A stretch of 64,000 nt of DNA from Clostridiaceae bacterium (GCA_012839385.1 DUNL01000161.1:1824-65823), one strand, 5' to 3'. Counted from the first letter of the stretch, positions 46,519 through 57,607 are shown. The notes: generated by a model not told the origin, from the sequence alone. A program made the numbers and translations.

Positions 46519-49500
46519 ATGAAGCCAAAAAGACTAGTAATGCAAGCTTTCGGACCTTATGCCGGCAGGGAGGAAATAGATTTTTCCTGCTATCCCTCAG
46601 GCTTATTTTTAATCTCGGGAGATACCGGAGCCGGCAAGACTACAATTTTTGACGCTATCTGTTTTGCCCTCTATGATACTGCTTCCGGAAGCTGGCGGGA
46701 GACCCGCTACTTGCGATCTGACTATGCCGCGCCGTCACTTCCTACTTTTGTCAGCTTGGAATTTGAACACCGCGATAAAGCATATAAAATTCGTCGTAGT
46801 CCCTCCTATCGACGGCAAAAGATTCGCGGCGAAGGCTTTACGGAGCAACCGGCCGAAGCGGAACTGGAGCTACCCGATGGTCGTGTTATCGATCGCAAAA
46901 ACGAAGTGAATAAATTCATTGAAGAATTATTGGGGATTGATGTCGGTCAATTCCGACAAATCGCTATGATCGCGCAGGGAGAGTTTCGTAATTTACTCAA
47001 CGCTTCCAGCAAAGACAGGATCGATATTTTCCGCCGCATCTTTGATACGGAAAGATATCTTAATATCCAACTTGTCTTGAATGAAGAAGCGAAGCGTTTA
47101 AGAGACGAGCTTAAAATTCACACAGCGTCATTAATCAGCTCCATGAGTCTCCTCAAAGAATTTGAGGCAGAGTATCAGCTACGGATTCCTGATACCAGAA
47201 CTGTGGCAGATGATGAGGCCAGAGCGGCAATACCGCCGTTGCTGGAGAGCTTGGAGCCGCTTCTGGAAAATGTCAGAGAAAATTTAGGACAAAAAAGATT
47301 AGTGGTTACACGTTTGGAACAAAAGCATCAATCTCTCCTAATTGAAGAACAAAGAGCCGTGATTTTTAATAGAAAAGTACAGCGTTGGTATGACCTAAAG
47401 CGACGACAAAGACAATTAGAAGCGACAAGGGAGCAAGCGCAAACAGACAGTTCACTATTGGCGTCAACACAGATCATACGACGAGACATTTTGCCCGCTG
47501 CCAATGAAGAGGCAAGGCTGCTACAGGAAATTAAGAAAACTCGACAGACGTTATTAAATATCAAGAGTGAACTTTACAAGCTGAATGAGAAAATATACCT
47601 TGCGCGGGAAGCCGTTCGAAAAAATAAGGAGGTAGAGCCCGAACTGGCTAAGCTGCGGCTACTTAGAACCGAGTTAGAACGAGAAGTGGAGCTCTGGAGC
47701 AAACAAATAAAAACACTAGCCGACATTGAGCAGAAAGACCAATTGCGGACTGAACAAAATAAGCAACTGATCAATTTGGAGAAAGGCGTCAGCGCCGCCA
47801 AATCTGTCAGAGATCAGCTACAAGAAGCTGTGAATAAAGCCAGCAAGGTGAGGGAAAAGCTACAAAAAGCAAAGCAGGATGAAAAGAATTTGTCACAACT
47901 AATGATAGATTTAGAAAAGTTAAGTGTTAGTTGGGCAGATCTAGATAAGAGATCAGCTGATATTTCCGACAAACAAAGAGAGCAACGGCAAATTATTTCG
48001 CGGTTGCAAGACGCCAGAGATAAATATCAGTCAGCCTATAATTCATATCTCTCCAATCAAGCCGGGCTGATAGCGCGCGAGCTGGAAGCTAACAAGCCGT
48101 GTCCTGTCTGTGGTTCTACTTTTCATCCCCGGAAAGCGCGGTTGCGGAAAGACGCGGCTTTATCAGAAACAGTGGAACAACTTTCGTCGCGGGCAGAGGA
48201 ATTGGCCACATCCAGTTCAAGTCAAATTAAAGACATCGAGCTCTCACTTGAGCAATGGCAAAAAGATCTCAGACAAATTAGCTGTCGCTTGGGGAGCTTA
48301 GCTGAAAAAAGTGGCGAGCGGAAAGATTTTCCTCAGGAGTTAGAGAGAAAACTAAGCCTAATTCAGAATTGTCACTCAGAAGATAGTCCGCTCAATTTGG
48401 GCGCGCAATTAGAACTGGCCGAGTCCAGATCTTGTGTCCTAGGCAAATTGGAACAAATACTCCTATTACTATCTGTTTTTACTAAGAAGCAGACGCAAGA
48501 TGCGGCAGAGCATCTTGCTCAAGCGAGAGAACACGTTGGACAACTGGAGACAAATCTGAAAAAATTACAAACTGCCGAGTCAGAACTGGTAGACATGGAA
48601 CAAAAGAAACAAAAGGCAAGTGAAGCGCTCCAAGATACAGACAGTGAACTTAAGGCCCTGAGAGATATCGCCGCGGAGAGAAGACATGATTTTGAGGCAG
48701 AGAGTTCTGACGCGGCGAAAATAAAACTGGAGAAGACAAAAGATAATATTGCAGCTATTGAATCTGATATTGAGAAAACCGATGAAAGGCTGACTGAGCT
48801 AAATCTGAGCAAAGGCAAGCAGGAAACCAGAGAAAAAGAATTGACAGCGCGATTGGAGGATGATACTGCTGACTTATCGCAGGTCTCAAAAAAACTGGCC
48901 GCTCGGATTAAAGCCGCGGGCTTTGCTGATAACAATTCTTGGCGTGACACGCTCTTAGATGAAGAAGTTGAGAGACAGTTGGCGGAGAAAGTCGCGTCCA
49001 GGAAGAGCGAGGAAGAGTTGGTAGAGCATGACCTGGCCCAAATTGAACCGGAGTACCGGGATAAGAAACTGTTGGATTTGGCGGACTTGGCCAGAAAAGT
49101 AAAAATGGCAGCTCAGGAACTTAGCGCTGTAAGGGATGAGTATAGCCGACAGGAACGACATCAAGATAAGCTGGAGCGGATATATGATGATTTGAAGCAA
49201 CAAAACGAGAAGATTTCTGAACTGGCTTTAAACGCGGCTAGAGTTCAAAAACTCTCCGATATTGCTAACGGTCGGGTAGTGGGTGAGGAGAAAATAAGTT
49301 TTGAAGCTTGGATCCAGGCTTGGCATTTCACACGCATAATCAAGAGAGCCAATCGCAGATTTCTTGATCTCAGTAATGGGCAATATCATCTTGTACACGG
49401 TGACGCGAGTGATTTACGGACACAAAGTGGCCTTGATCTGGCTGTGATGGACTACCATACGGGAAAAGTGCGTCCCGTATCTACATTATCAGGCGGTGAA

Positions 49501-49782
49501 ACCTTTAATGCGGCACTTTCCTTAGCCTTAGGCCTGTCTGACGTTATTATGGAGTATGCCGGGGGCATTGAATTGGATATCCTCTTTATTGACGAAGGCT
49601 TTGATAATCTCGATGAGCATTTTCTACAATTGACAATGGAAACCCTGATGGAATTATCAGAAGGTCAAAGACTAATTGGCATCATTTCTCATACCAGTGT
49701 TCTCAAAGATAATCTCAATCCGCAATTGCAAGTTAAGAGTACACCCAGTGGTAGCAGTGTCAGTTGGAGCGGACTTGATTAA
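46519..49782 (+). CDS. sbcC: Exonuclease SbcC (Rad50-like SMC ATPase)
   Basis: Walker A GDTGAGKTT, long coiled coils, a central Zn hook CPVCGS, signature LSGGE and Walker B LFIDEGF. Confidence 0.92.
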   Translation: MKPKRLVMQAFGPYAGREEIDFSCYPSGLFLISGDTGAGKTTIFDAICFALYDTASGSWRETRYLRSDYAAPSLPTFVSLEFEHRDKAYKIRRSPSYRRQKIRGEGFTEQPAEAELELPDGRVIDRKNEVNKFIEELLGIDVGQFRQIAMIAQGEFRNLLNASSKDRIDIFRRIFDTERYLNIQLVLNEEAKRLRDELKIHTASLISSMSLLKEFEAEYQLRIPDTRTVADDEARAAIPPLLESLEPLLENVRENLGQKRLVVTRLEQKHQSLLIEEQRAVIFNRKVQRWYDLKRRQRQLEATREQAQTDSSLLASTQIIRRDILPAANEEARLLQEIKKTRQTLLNIKSELYKLNEKIYLAREAVRKNKEVEPELAKLRLLRTELEREVELWSKQIKTLADIEQKDQLRTEQNKQLINLEKGVSAAKSVRDQLQEAVNKASKVREKLQKAKQDEKNLSQLMIDLEKLSVSWADLDKRSADISDKQREQRQIISRLQDARDKYQSAYNSYLSNQAGLIARELEANKPCPVCGSTFHPRKARLRKDAALSETVEQLSSRAEELATSSSSQIKDIELSLEQWQKDLRQISCRLGSLAEKSGERKDFPQELERKLSLIQNCHSEDSPLNLGAQLELAESRSCVLGKLEQILLLLSVFTKKQTQDAAEHLAQAREHVGQLETNLKKLQTAESELVDMEQKKQKASEALQDTDSELKALRDIAAERRHDFEAESSDAAKIKLEKTKDNIAAIESDIEKTDERLTELNLSKGKQETREKELTARLEDDTADLSQVSKKLAARIKAAGFADNNSWRDTLLDEEVERQLAEKVASRKSEEELVEHDLAQIEPEYRDKKLLDLADLARKVKMAAQELSAVRDEYSRQERHQDKLERIYDDLKQQNEKISELALNAARVQKLSDIANGRVVGEEKISFEAWIQAWHFTRIIKRANRRFLDLSNGQYHLVHGDASDLRTQSGLDLAVMDYHTGKVRPVSTLSGGETFNAALSLALGLSDVIMEYAGGIELDILFIDEGFDNLDEHFLQLTMETLMELSEGQRLIGIISHTSVLKDNLNPQLQVKSTPSGSSVSWSGLD

Positions 49783-49866
49783 AAGCTCAAAATTGCACAT
49801 TTAATCGTATATTTGAATAATAATTATCTTAACTCTGTGCAAATGCATAAAGATAAAGCCTTCGTC

Positions 49867-49895
49867 TTGAGAGAATTATCACTAATTGTTAGAAT
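49867..49895 (+). promoter_or_regulatory. Sigma-A-like promoter for the serC-like/serA/DUF1015 operon
   Basis: TTGAGA, a 17-nt spacer, then TAGAAT. The ~70-nt leader contains the hairpin TTGCTTTT/AAAAGCAA (49912-49936). Confidence 0.45.
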
Positions 49896-49969
49896 AGTTT
49901 AGTCGTGTGTTTTGCTTTTCATATTTGTAAAAGCAAGGATACGACAAATAAAATAATCCAGGAGGACGT

Positions 49970-51046
49970 ATGCACAAAAAATTATTTATTCCCGGTCCCG
50001 TTGAGGTAGCGCCGGATGTCTTGGCCAAAATGGCAACCCCCATGGTTGGGCATCGTTCCCAAGATGCCACCGCTCTTCAGAAGAGTATCTCCGAAAAATT
50101 GCAAAAGCTGATGTTTACAGAGAACACGATTCTGCTTTCTACTTCCTCCGGTACCGGTCTGATGGAAGCAGCTATTCGTTGCTGTACCCGGAAAAGAGCT
50201 GCTGTTTTTTCGGTTGGTTCCTTTGGTGACCGCTGGTATGAAATTGCTAAATTTAATAATATTGAAGCTGACAAATTTTCCTCCGAACCCGGACAACCTA
50301 CTACGCCTGAGATGGTAGAGGAAGCATTAAAAACAGGTAAATACGATGTTGTAACTGTTCAACATAATGAGACTTCCTCCGGCATCATGAATCCTGTTCA
50401 AGCAATCGGTGAAGTTGTAAAGAAATATGATGATGTCTTATTCTTGGTTGACGCGGTGTCATCACTGGGCGGCGCCAAGATTGAAGTAGATGCTTGGGGA
50501 ATTGATATTTGTATTACCTCGACCCAAAAGTGTCTGGGCTTGCCACCGGGATTGTCGCTTTGCTCTATATCCGATCGCGCCTATGAAGCTGCTAAGCAGA
50601 AGGAGTTCAGAGGTTTTTATCTGGATCTGGTCAAATTGTACGATCGGGTAAAAAAGAGCCATCAGTATCCCTCTACGCCTTCGCTTTCACATATGTTTGC
50701 CCTAGACTATCAATTGGATCGCATTATTAACGAAGAGGGAATTGAGAATCGTTTTGATCGTCACACTAAGCTGGCGAATATTTTACGCGCTTGGGCGGAA
50801 AAGCATTTTTCGCTTTTTGCCGCTCCGGAATGCCGATCAAATACGGTTACTTGCATTAACAATACTATCAATTTTGATTTTGCCGATCTCAACAAAAAAC
50901 TGGCTGAAAGAGGCTTTACCATCAGTAATGGTTATGGCAAGTTCAAAGACATTACTTTCCGCATTGCCACGATGGCTGAATGCAAAGAAAAAGACCTTCT
51001 TGAGCTATTAGGAGCAATTGATGATATTCTTGGATTGGAGATTTAG
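49970..51046 (+). CDS. Class-V aminotransferase (serine-pyruvate/phosphoserine aminotransferase type)
   Basis: LFIPGPVEV N-terminus and PLP-lysine context TSTQKCLGLPPG. It is directly followed by serA. Confidence 0.75.
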   Translation: MHKKLFIPGPVEVAPDVLAKMATPMVGHRSQDATALQKSISEKLQKLMFTENTILLSTSSGTGLMEAAIRCCTRKRAAVFSVGSFGDRWYEIAKFNNIEADKFSSEPGQPTTPEMVEEALKTGKYDVVTVQHNETSSGIMNPVQAIGEVVKKYDDVLFLVDAVSSLGGAKIEVDAWGIDICITSTQKCLGLPPGLSLCSISDRAYEAAKQKEFRGFYLDLVKLYDRVKKSHQYPSTPSLSHMFALDYQLDRIINEEGIENRFDRHTKLANILRAWAEKHFSLFAAPECRSNTVTCINNTINFDFADLNKKLAERGFTISNGYGKFKDITFRIATMAECKEKDLLELLGAIDDILGLEI

Positions 51047-51946
51047 ATGAAGATAATATTGGCCAATGATGGCATAGCGGCAACTGCTAAAGTTGCTTTA
51101 GAAACAGCCGGATATGAGGTTGATACCAATAAATATGAAGACGAAGCGCTACTGAAGAGACTGGCCGAGGTTGATTGCGTAGTCGTGCGTAGCGCTACTA
51201 AGCTACGTGACGAACAGATTGATGCCGGTGTCGCCGGAAAACTGAAATTGATTATTAGAGGCGGGGTTGGCGTTGACAATATTAATGTGGCCTATGCCCG
51301 AGAAAAGGGTCTTGTCGTGCGTAATACTCCCAGCGCTTCTACTAATGCTGTCGCGGAACTTGTGTTGGGACATATGTTAGCCGCATGTCGCAATATAGGG
51401 GAAGCAACCTCTACCATGAGGCAAGGACAATGGCTGAAAAAACAATATAAAGGCACTGAAATTTATGGAAAAACTTTGGGTCTGATTGGCTTTGGGCGGA
51501 TCGGACAGCGCTTGGCAGATAAGGCTATGGCACTCGGGATGAATGTTGTTTTCCATCGTCGAACACCTAATTTTTACTATGAGGGCGCGACACAAAAAAG
51601 CAAAGAAGAAGTTCTCCGTGAAGCGGACTTTCTTACTATTCTGATTCCCACCGCGGGCGCGAAACCTGAAGTCGGCGCTGAGGAGATGGCTCTTATGAAA
51701 GATGGAGCCTATATCATAAATTGCTCTCGAGGTGGCGTGGTTGACGAAGATGCCTTAGTCGACGCTATTGAAACGGGAAAAATTGCCGGAGCCGGCCTTG
51801 ATGTCTTTGTCGAGGAACCGACCAAGAATCAAAGGGTTTTATCTTGTACCAAGATTTCCTTGACTCCACATATAGGAGCGGCTACCGTAGAAGCGCAAGA
51901 CCGCATCGGGGATGAGATCGTAGAGATAGTTAAGGAAGTATTATAA
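51047..51946 (+). CDS. serA: D-3-phosphoglycerate dehydrogenase, short form without ACT domain (2-hydroxyacid dehydrogenase family)
   Basis: NAD motif GLIGFGRIGQRLA and catalytic pattern SRGGVVDE..TPHIGA. 299 aa. Confidence 0.75.
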   Translation: MKIILANDGIAATAKVALETAGYEVDTNKYEDEALLKRLAEVDCVVVRSATKLRDEQIDAGVAGKLKLIIRGGVGVDNINVAYAREKGLVVRNTPSASTNAVAELVLGHMLAACRNIGEATSTMRQGQWLKKQYKGTEIYGKTLGLIGFGRIGQRLADKAMALGMNVVFHRRTPNFYYEGATQKSKEEVLREADFLTILIPTAGAKPEVGAEEMALMKDGAYIINCSRGGVVDEDALVDAIETGKIAGAGLDVFVEEPTKNQRVLSCTKISLTPHIGAATVEAQDRIGDEIVEIVKEVL

Positions 51947-52007
51947 ATAACTTTTGAACTTCAGGTTTAAAAGAGCCGGTCGCAAAAGTAAAAGGAGATT
52001 ATTTTTC

Positions 52008-53258
52008 ATGGCCATAGTTAGACCCTTTAAAGCATTGAGACCAGGAGCGGGGAAAGCGGCAAAAGTCGCTTCCCTGCCCTATGATGTAATGAATCGTGCG
52101 GAAGCCAAAGAGATGGTCAAAAGCAATCCTGAGAGTTTTCTCAAAGTAGTGCGTTCTGAGACAAGTCTTCCTGATGAGATTAGCGATTACGATCCTCAAG
52201 TTTATGAACAAGCAAGGGAGAACTTAAAACAGATGGAGCTTGAAGGAGTACTTGTTCAGGATGAAAAACCGCTATTTTATATCTACCGTCAAATTATGGA
52301 CGGTAGAGTACAAACAGGCCTTGTGGCTACTGTCTCTGTGGACGCGTACTTGAGTAACGACATTAAAAAACATGAATTGACTCTGGAAACCAAAGAATTG
52401 GATCGAATCAACCACTTTGACATTACTGATGCCAATACCGAGCCGATCTTTCTGACTTATCGTCAGAATAGTGATATCAGTAAGTTAATCAATGACTTTA
52501 TCAAATTTAATAAGCCTAACACGGGATTTATCAGTGAGGATAATATCACACACTATACTTGGGCAATTACTGATGAGGAAGTAATAACTAAAATACAACA
52601 GTTATTTGAAGAAGTTGAAGCCTTATATATTGCCGACGGTCACCATAGGAGCGCGTCCGCGGCTAAAGTTGGACTTAAGCGTAGAGAACAATATCCGGAA
52701 GCAGATGAAAATGCTGAATTTAATTATTTTATGGCAGTGATTTTTCCGGATGAAGATTTGTTTATTATGGACTATAACCGTATCGTCAAAGATCTAAATG
52801 GGCTGTCACCGGAGAAATTTTTGCGGGCCCTGGAGTCTAAATTTACAGTGCGCAAAAAAGAAGACCAGGAGCCTCTACGTCCTCGAGCAAAAGGTCATTT
52901 TGGCATGTATTTAGAAGAAAACTGGTATGAACTTATTGCCAATTCGGAACTTTATCAGGGTAAAGATGCCTATGACAGGCTGGATGTTTCTATACTACAA
53001 CAAAATGTCTTAGCGCCTATTCTGGGTATTGAAGATCCCCGTACCGATAATAGAATAGACTTTGTGGGTGGCATTAGGGGCTTACAAGCACTAGCTGACC
53101 GTGTAGACGCCGGTGAGGCGGTAGCCTTCGCTATGTATCCTACAACTATGGCTGAGTTACTGGAGATAGCGGATGCCGAGATGACGATGCCTCCTAAATC
53201 CACTTGGTTTGAGCCCAAACTTCGTTCCGGATTGTTTGTACACAAGCTATCCGATTAG
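52008..53258 (+). CDS. DUF1015-family protein (function unknown)
   Basis: MAIVRPFKALRP..LPYDV N-terminus and the ADGHHR motif typical of DUF1015. ATG 52008 follows AAAGGAG. It is probably co-transcribed with serA. Confidence 0.6.
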   Translation: MAIVRPFKALRPGAGKAAKVASLPYDVMNRAEAKEMVKSNPESFLKVVRSETSLPDEISDYDPQVYEQARENLKQMELEGVLVQDEKPLFYIYRQIMDGRVQTGLVATVSVDAYLSNDIKKHELTLETKELDRINHFDITDANTEPIFLTYRQNSDISKLINDFIKFNKPNTGFISEDNITHYTWAITDEEVITKIQQLFEEVEALYIADGHHRSASAAKVGLKRREQYPEADENAEFNYFMAVIFPDEDLFIMDYNRIVKDLNGLSPEKFLRALESKFTVRKKEDQEPLRPRAKGHFGMYLEENWYELIANSELYQGKDAYDRLDVSILQQNVLAPILGIEDPRTDNRIDFVGGIRGLQALADRVDAGEAVAFAMYPTTMAELLEIADAEMTMPPKSTWFEPKLRSGLFVHKLSD

Positions 53259-53264
53259 TTCTTC

Positions 53265-53297
53265 AAAAAAGCTGACCCGCACAGGTTAGCTTTTTTT
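53265..53297 (+). terminator. Rho-independent terminator after the DUF1015 gene
   Basis: AAAAAAGCTGACC / GGTTAGCTTTTTTT: an 8-bp GC-containing stem extended by A/T pairs, followed by T7. Confidence 0.8.
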
Positions 53298-53360
53298 ATT
53301 AATACACTAAATTAAAATGGTATTGGATAAATTCAGTACCACAAATTAAGAAGGAGTTTT

Positions 53361-54740
53361 ATGTCAAATTATATTACTGAGCCATTTAGAATTAAAATGG
53401 TAGAACCCTTACGTGTCACAACCAGAGAACAAAGAGAGAGCGCCATAAAAAATGCCAATTACAACATGTTCGCGTTGCCTAGCAAGGAGGTATATATTGA
53501 TCTCCTAACAGATAGTGGTACGAATGCCATGAGTGATACCCAATGGGCAGGCATTATGGTAGGAGATGAGAGTTATGCCGGAGCGTCCAGTTATTATAAA
53601 TTAAGAGACGCGATCAGAGATATTTTCGGTTATCGCTATATGCAACCTGTCCATCAGGGTAGGGCAGCGGAGAAAATTCTTTATCCCTGCTTACTCAAAG
53701 CAGGTCAGTATTCTGTTTCCAATATGCATTTTGATACTACCAGGGGACATGTAGGTTTATGTAAAGCAAAGCCTGTTGATTTAGTGGTAGCGGAAGCTCG
53801 CGACACTGAAGCGAATTACCCTTTTAAGGGGAATATGGATGTTGAGAAATTAGAAAAATTCATTATTGAAAAAGGCGCGGAGAATATTGGCGTAATTGTG
53901 ATGACGATTACCAACAACAGCGCGGGTGGCCAACCGGTATCAATGCAAAATTTGCGTGAGACCTTTGCTCTCGCGAAACAATATGGGATTGTTTTAAATA
54001 TTGACGCGGCTCGTTTCGCTGAAAACGCCATGTTTATAAAAGAGCGCGAGGAAGGATATGCTGACCATAGCATTGTTGAGATAACTAGAGAGATGTTTAG
54101 CTATGCGGACAGTTTTACTATGTCGGCGAAGAAAGACGGCATTGTCAATATGGGTGGAATTATTGGCATCAAAGAAGATAGCGATCTTTTTACCAAAGTA
54201 CAGGCCCTAACAGTACCATATGAAGGATTTGTTACCTATGGCGGCTTGGCAGGGCGTGACATGGAGGCATTAGCAATCGGGCTATATGAAGCACTGGAGG
54301 AAGACTATCTAGCATATAGACTAGGACAGATCAGATATCTGGGAGATAAATTACGTGAAGGCGGAGTTCCTATTCAATACCCAACCGGTGGTCATGCCGT
54401 CTTTGTAGATGCTAAGCGTGTATTACCTCATATCCCATATTATGAATATCCCGGTCAAGCCCTGGTAATCGAGGCCTATCTTGAAGGTGGAATTCGTGGT
54501 TGTGATATCGGTAGCTATATGCTAGATCCCGATCCGGAGACAGGTAAGCAAATGGAAGCTGAGATGGAGTTTGCTCGCTTTTGCATTCCCAGAAGAGTTT
54601 ATACCCAGTCCCACCTCGATCATATCGCCAATACACTTATTTCAGTTAAAGAAAATGCCGATAGCCTAAAAGGCTATCGTATCGTCTGGCAACCCGAGGT
54701 TCTACGCCACTTCACGGCCAAGTTGGAGCCTGTTGGCTAA
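53361..54740 (+). CDS. tnaA: Beta-eliminating lyase, tryptophanase-like (TnaA/tyrosine phenol-lyase family)
   Basis: [25 protein letters not shown]-lysine motif MSAKKDG, ARFAENA and a C-terminal VLRHFTAKL. Overall it looks closer to my recollection of TnaA than of TPL. Confidence 0.75.
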   Translation: MSNYITEPFRIKMVEPLRVTTREQRESAIKNANYNMFALPSKEVYIDLLTDSGTNAMSDTQWAGIMVGDESYAGASSYYKLRDAIRDIFGYRYMQPVHQGRAAEKILYPCLLKAGQYSVSNMHFDTTRGHVGLCKAKPVDLVVAEARDTEANYPFKGNMDVEKLEKFIIEKGAENIGVIVMTITNNSAGGQPVSMQNLRETFALAKQYGIVLNIDAARFAENAMFIKEREEGYADHSIVEITREMFSYADSFTMSAKKDGIVNMGGIIGIKEDSDLFTKVQALTVPYEGFVTYGGLAGRDMEALAIGLYEALEEDYLAYRLGQIRYLGDKLREGGVPIQYPTGGHAVFVDAKRVLPHIPYYEYPGQALVIEAYLEGGIRGCDIGSYMLDPDPETGKQMEAEMEFARFCIPRRVYTQSHLDHIANTLISVKENADSLKGYRIVWQPEVLRHFTAKLEPVG

Positions 54741-54754
54741 CTTAAAATGCTTTT

Positions 54755-54786
54755 AGAGGCTGTCTCATTTTGACAGCCTCTTTTCT
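54755..54786 (+). terminator. Rho-independent terminator after the tnaA-like gene
   Basis: Perfect 10-bp stem AGAGGCTGTC / GACAGCCTCT with a 7-nt loop, followed by TTTTCT. Confidence 0.85.
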
Positions 54787-54828
54787 ACTAAAAGAGATCC
54801 CCTTGGCCAATTATTGTTGAAACTGAGG

Positions 54829-55746
54829 TCAGTTAGTAGGTAAGGTTATGTCTAGTTGACTAAGGAAGTCCTGACAAAAGTTCATAAAATATACTTGCGA
54901 TGGTCTAAAATAGCTATTTCTTACAGAAACGAGATTGTAAGAATGCTGTTCGAAAAAGTCATTAATGTAAATTTGTTTAAGAAATCCACTTTCTAACTCT
55001 TTAGCAACTGCACTAGCGTAATGAAATGCGATTCCTATATTATGGTGGACTAGCTGCTTTACCACAGTTAGTCCATTAGTGATTTCAATTCTATGAGGAA
55101 AATAATAAGGCGAGATCCCATTTTCTTGGAAAATAACATCAAGACGTATACGTGAAGGTGTGTTTTTTACGCCTAGTATTAGAGTATAGTCATACAAATC
55201 TTGAATATCAACCTTAGCTTCTGCCAGCATATGGTCTGGTGAGCAAACACAGACAGTAGTTCCACTACATAATGGATGATATTCAAACTCTGATTTTGAG
55301 AACGATTCATCAATTATTAGAAAATCTAACTCGCCATTCTCCAGCATTCGCGATAACGTAGATGAATTGTCTATCATTACAGAAATTTTAGAATCAGGGT
55401 TTTCTTTAATAAATGCGACCAACAAATCATAAAAAAAAGATTCGCCTGTAGCTAACTCAGCTCCGACACGTAATTCCCTGACGTCTGCTGATCCAGCTTT
55501 TAACTGTTCTCGCATCCTTTCCGAGTCAAGATAAAATGAATTTGCGAATTGGAAAAGACTTATTCCGGCTGGGGTTAAATGAAACTCACGTCCAGTGAAG
55601 TAATATAACGAGGTATTATAGTAAGTTTCTAAAGCCTTGACATGCTGAGATACTGCCGGTTGTGTTATGTGCAGTTGATGAGCCGTTTTTGTAAAACTTT
55701 TTGTTTGACATAGATTTAGAAAAGTTAGTAATTTATTCTCTAACAT
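54829..55746 (-). CDS. LysR-family transcriptional regulator
   Basis: N-terminal HTH FTKTAHQLHITQPAVSQHVKALE, 305 aa, divergent from the peptide-ABC operon. Confidence 0.9.
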   Translation of the reverse strand: MLENKLLTFLNLCQTKSFTKTAHQLHITQPAVSQHVKALETYYNTSLYYFTGREFHLTPAGISLFQFANSFYLDSERMREQLKAGSADVRELRVGAELATGESFFYDLLVAFIKENPDSKISVMIDNSSTLSRMLENGELDFLIIDESFSKSEFEYHPLCSGTTVCVCSPDHMLAEAKVDIQDLYDYTLILGVKNTPSRIRLDVIFQENGISPYYFPHRIEITNGLTVVKQLVHHNIGIAFHYASAVAKELESGFLKQIYINDFFEQHSYNLVSVRNSYFRPSQVYFMNFCQDFLSQLDITLPTN

Positions 55747-55936
55747 TGCCCCTCCTATAAGTACAATTTATTGCATAATAATTATTTATAATTTATAGTA
55801 TCGCATAGCAATGGTATAATCAATTCAATATTATTGTGCAATTTGATATTATTTTACTTGTAGAAGACATGACATATTTAATAATTACCCATCATTTATA
55901 TATTCTAAACTTACTCGAACAAGGGAGGGAAGCTTT

Positions 55937-57607
55937 ATGAGGAAAAGAATAATCGGTTTTCTCTGTTTGGCTATAGTTTTGTCATGTTTTGCTGGTTGTG
56001 GTGGAGGAACTGTAAGCGATCAGACGGCTGGAGAAGTCAAACAAACAAATGAGCAATCTGGCGACCAGACAGGTGACGATGGGGAAGGACTGTTACGTTA
56101 TACGTTAACAATGATGCCTAAGATAGATCCGGGAGTGGGGTCTGACTTTGGTTCCGCGAGTCTTATTATCAATCTGTATGATCCCCTACTGATGCCGACG
56201 AAAGAAGGCGGTGTAGAGCCATGGATTGCAACCGAATGGGATGTATCAGAAGATGGCCTTACATGGACCTTTAAGATTAGAGATGATGTGAAGTTTCACA
56301 GCGGTAATCCATTAACTGCTCATGATGTGGCATACACAATGAATCGTATGCTGGAATTAGGTGAGGGGTTTGGCTATTTGTTTACTTCAACTGTAGAAGA
56401 AGCGGTTGCGACAGACGATACTACGGTAGAGTTCAGATGCAAAGCGCAAAACGGAACACTTTCTGCAGCCTTGGTAAGACTTTATGTTTTGGACAGTAAA
56501 GTTGTAGAGAGTAACTACCTGGATGGAACATATGGCGATAACGGAGACTATGGAAAAACTTTTCTTTTAGAAAATGATGCGGGTAGTGGCCCCTATAAAT
56601 TAGAAGAATATGCAGCTAATTCACATATTATGTGTAAACAATTTCCGGATTACTGGGCTGGATTAGATCCTGCAAATCCAAAGGGTTTTAAGGCTTATAG
56701 TTCAAATGAGTCTGTAACTGTAAAAACTATGATGCAAAGGCGAGAACTTGAAATTGCTGACTCGTATCAAAGTGCAGAAACTAATACTGCTCTAGATGCG
56801 ATTGAAGGCATCGACATAATGAATACCCAAGGTGGGAACATTTTGTATTTAATTCTTAACAATTCTAAACCTCCCCTCGATGACCCTCATGTGCGTAAAG
56901 CTCTTGCTTACATGATGGATTATGATGTTGTTTGTAATGATATTTTTCCTGGATCAGTACAGGCAGACAGCATTATATCCAGTACCCTACGCGGCCACAA
57001 AAAAATGCATGATTATTCCTATGATATAGAGAAAGCTAAAGCAGAAATTGCTCAATCAAAATACAAGGATAATATTTCTGAATATCCGATAGAAGTATGT
57101 TGGATAGCGGAAACACCTGATAGGGAAAAGCTAGCCCTGTTGATTCAAGCAGTTGCTACTCAAGTGGGGGTTAATGTTAATGTGGTAAAGACTCCTTGGG
57201 CTAAAGTTGTAGAGAACGCATCTCGTCCGGATACTACTCCTCATGTAACTACTACCGTATTTACCGGCGATTATTCTGAAGCGGGTTCTGTACTTATGTC
57301 AGCTATCAGGTCGAAGGAGGTAGGTACTTGGCAGAACTGCAGCTGGATTAATGATGATACTCTGGACGCTATGATCGACGAATCAATTACAATCATAAAT
57401 GATGAAGAGCGGATAAAAAAATATGAAGAAATTCAAGATTACCTCTCTGATAAATGCGTATTATTGCCTTTAGCAGAATTAGTAGAGCCGGTCGCTTATC
57501 AATCTTATTTTATTGACTGGGAGGCAGGTAAACCAGAAACTCAGATTCCGGTAATGGGCTACATTTTATATATGCGTGATATCAAAATATACCCTGATAA
57601 AAAGTAG
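55937..57607 (+). CDS. Peptide/nickel-type ABC transporter substrate-binding lipoprotein (family 5)
   Basis: Signal peptide with lipobox FAGCGG and a family-5 SBP body (WTFKIRDDVKFHSG). Confidence 0.88.
   Translation: MRKRIIGFLCLAIVLSCFAGCGGGTVSDQTAGEVKQTNEQSGDQTGDDGEGLLRYTLTMMPKIDPGVGSDFGSASLIINLYDPLLMPTKEGGVEPWIATEWDVSEDGLTWTFKIRDDVKFHSGNPLTAHDVAYTMNRMLELGEGFGYLFTSTVEEAVATDDTTVEFRCKAQNGTLSAALVRLYVLDSKVVESNYLDGTYGDNGDYGKTFLLENDAGSGPYKLEEYAANSHIMCKQFPDYWAGLDPANPKGFKAYSSNESVTVKTMMQRRELEIADSYQSAETNTALDAIEGIDIMNTQGGNILYLILNNSKPPLDDPHVRKALAYMMDYDVVCNDIFPGSVQADSIISSTLRGHKKMHDYSYDIEKAKAEIAQSKYKDNISEYPIEVCWIAETPDREKLALLIQAVATQVGVNVNVVKTPWAKVVENASRPDTTPHVTTTVFTGDYSEAGSVLMSAIRSKEVGTWQNCSWINDDTLDAMIDESITIINDEERIKKYEEIQDYLSDKCVLLPLAELVEPVAYQSYFIDWEAGKPETQIPVMGYILYMRDIKIYPDKK

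Noticed and set aside
48519-48950. 143-aa antisense ORF inside sbcC. Similar antisense ORFs occur at 47328-47801 and 48955-49203.
   Set aside because: These are Ser/Ala/Phe-rich mirror translations of the E/K/L/Q-rich coiled-coil codons of sbcC. They have no SD and lie fully inside a well-supported gene.
45345-49782. SbcCD as part of a phage-defence module.
   Set aside because: This is a canonical two-gene sbcD-sbcC pair with standard motifs and no associated accessory, effector or sensor genes. Housekeeping DNA-repair function is the simpler reading.
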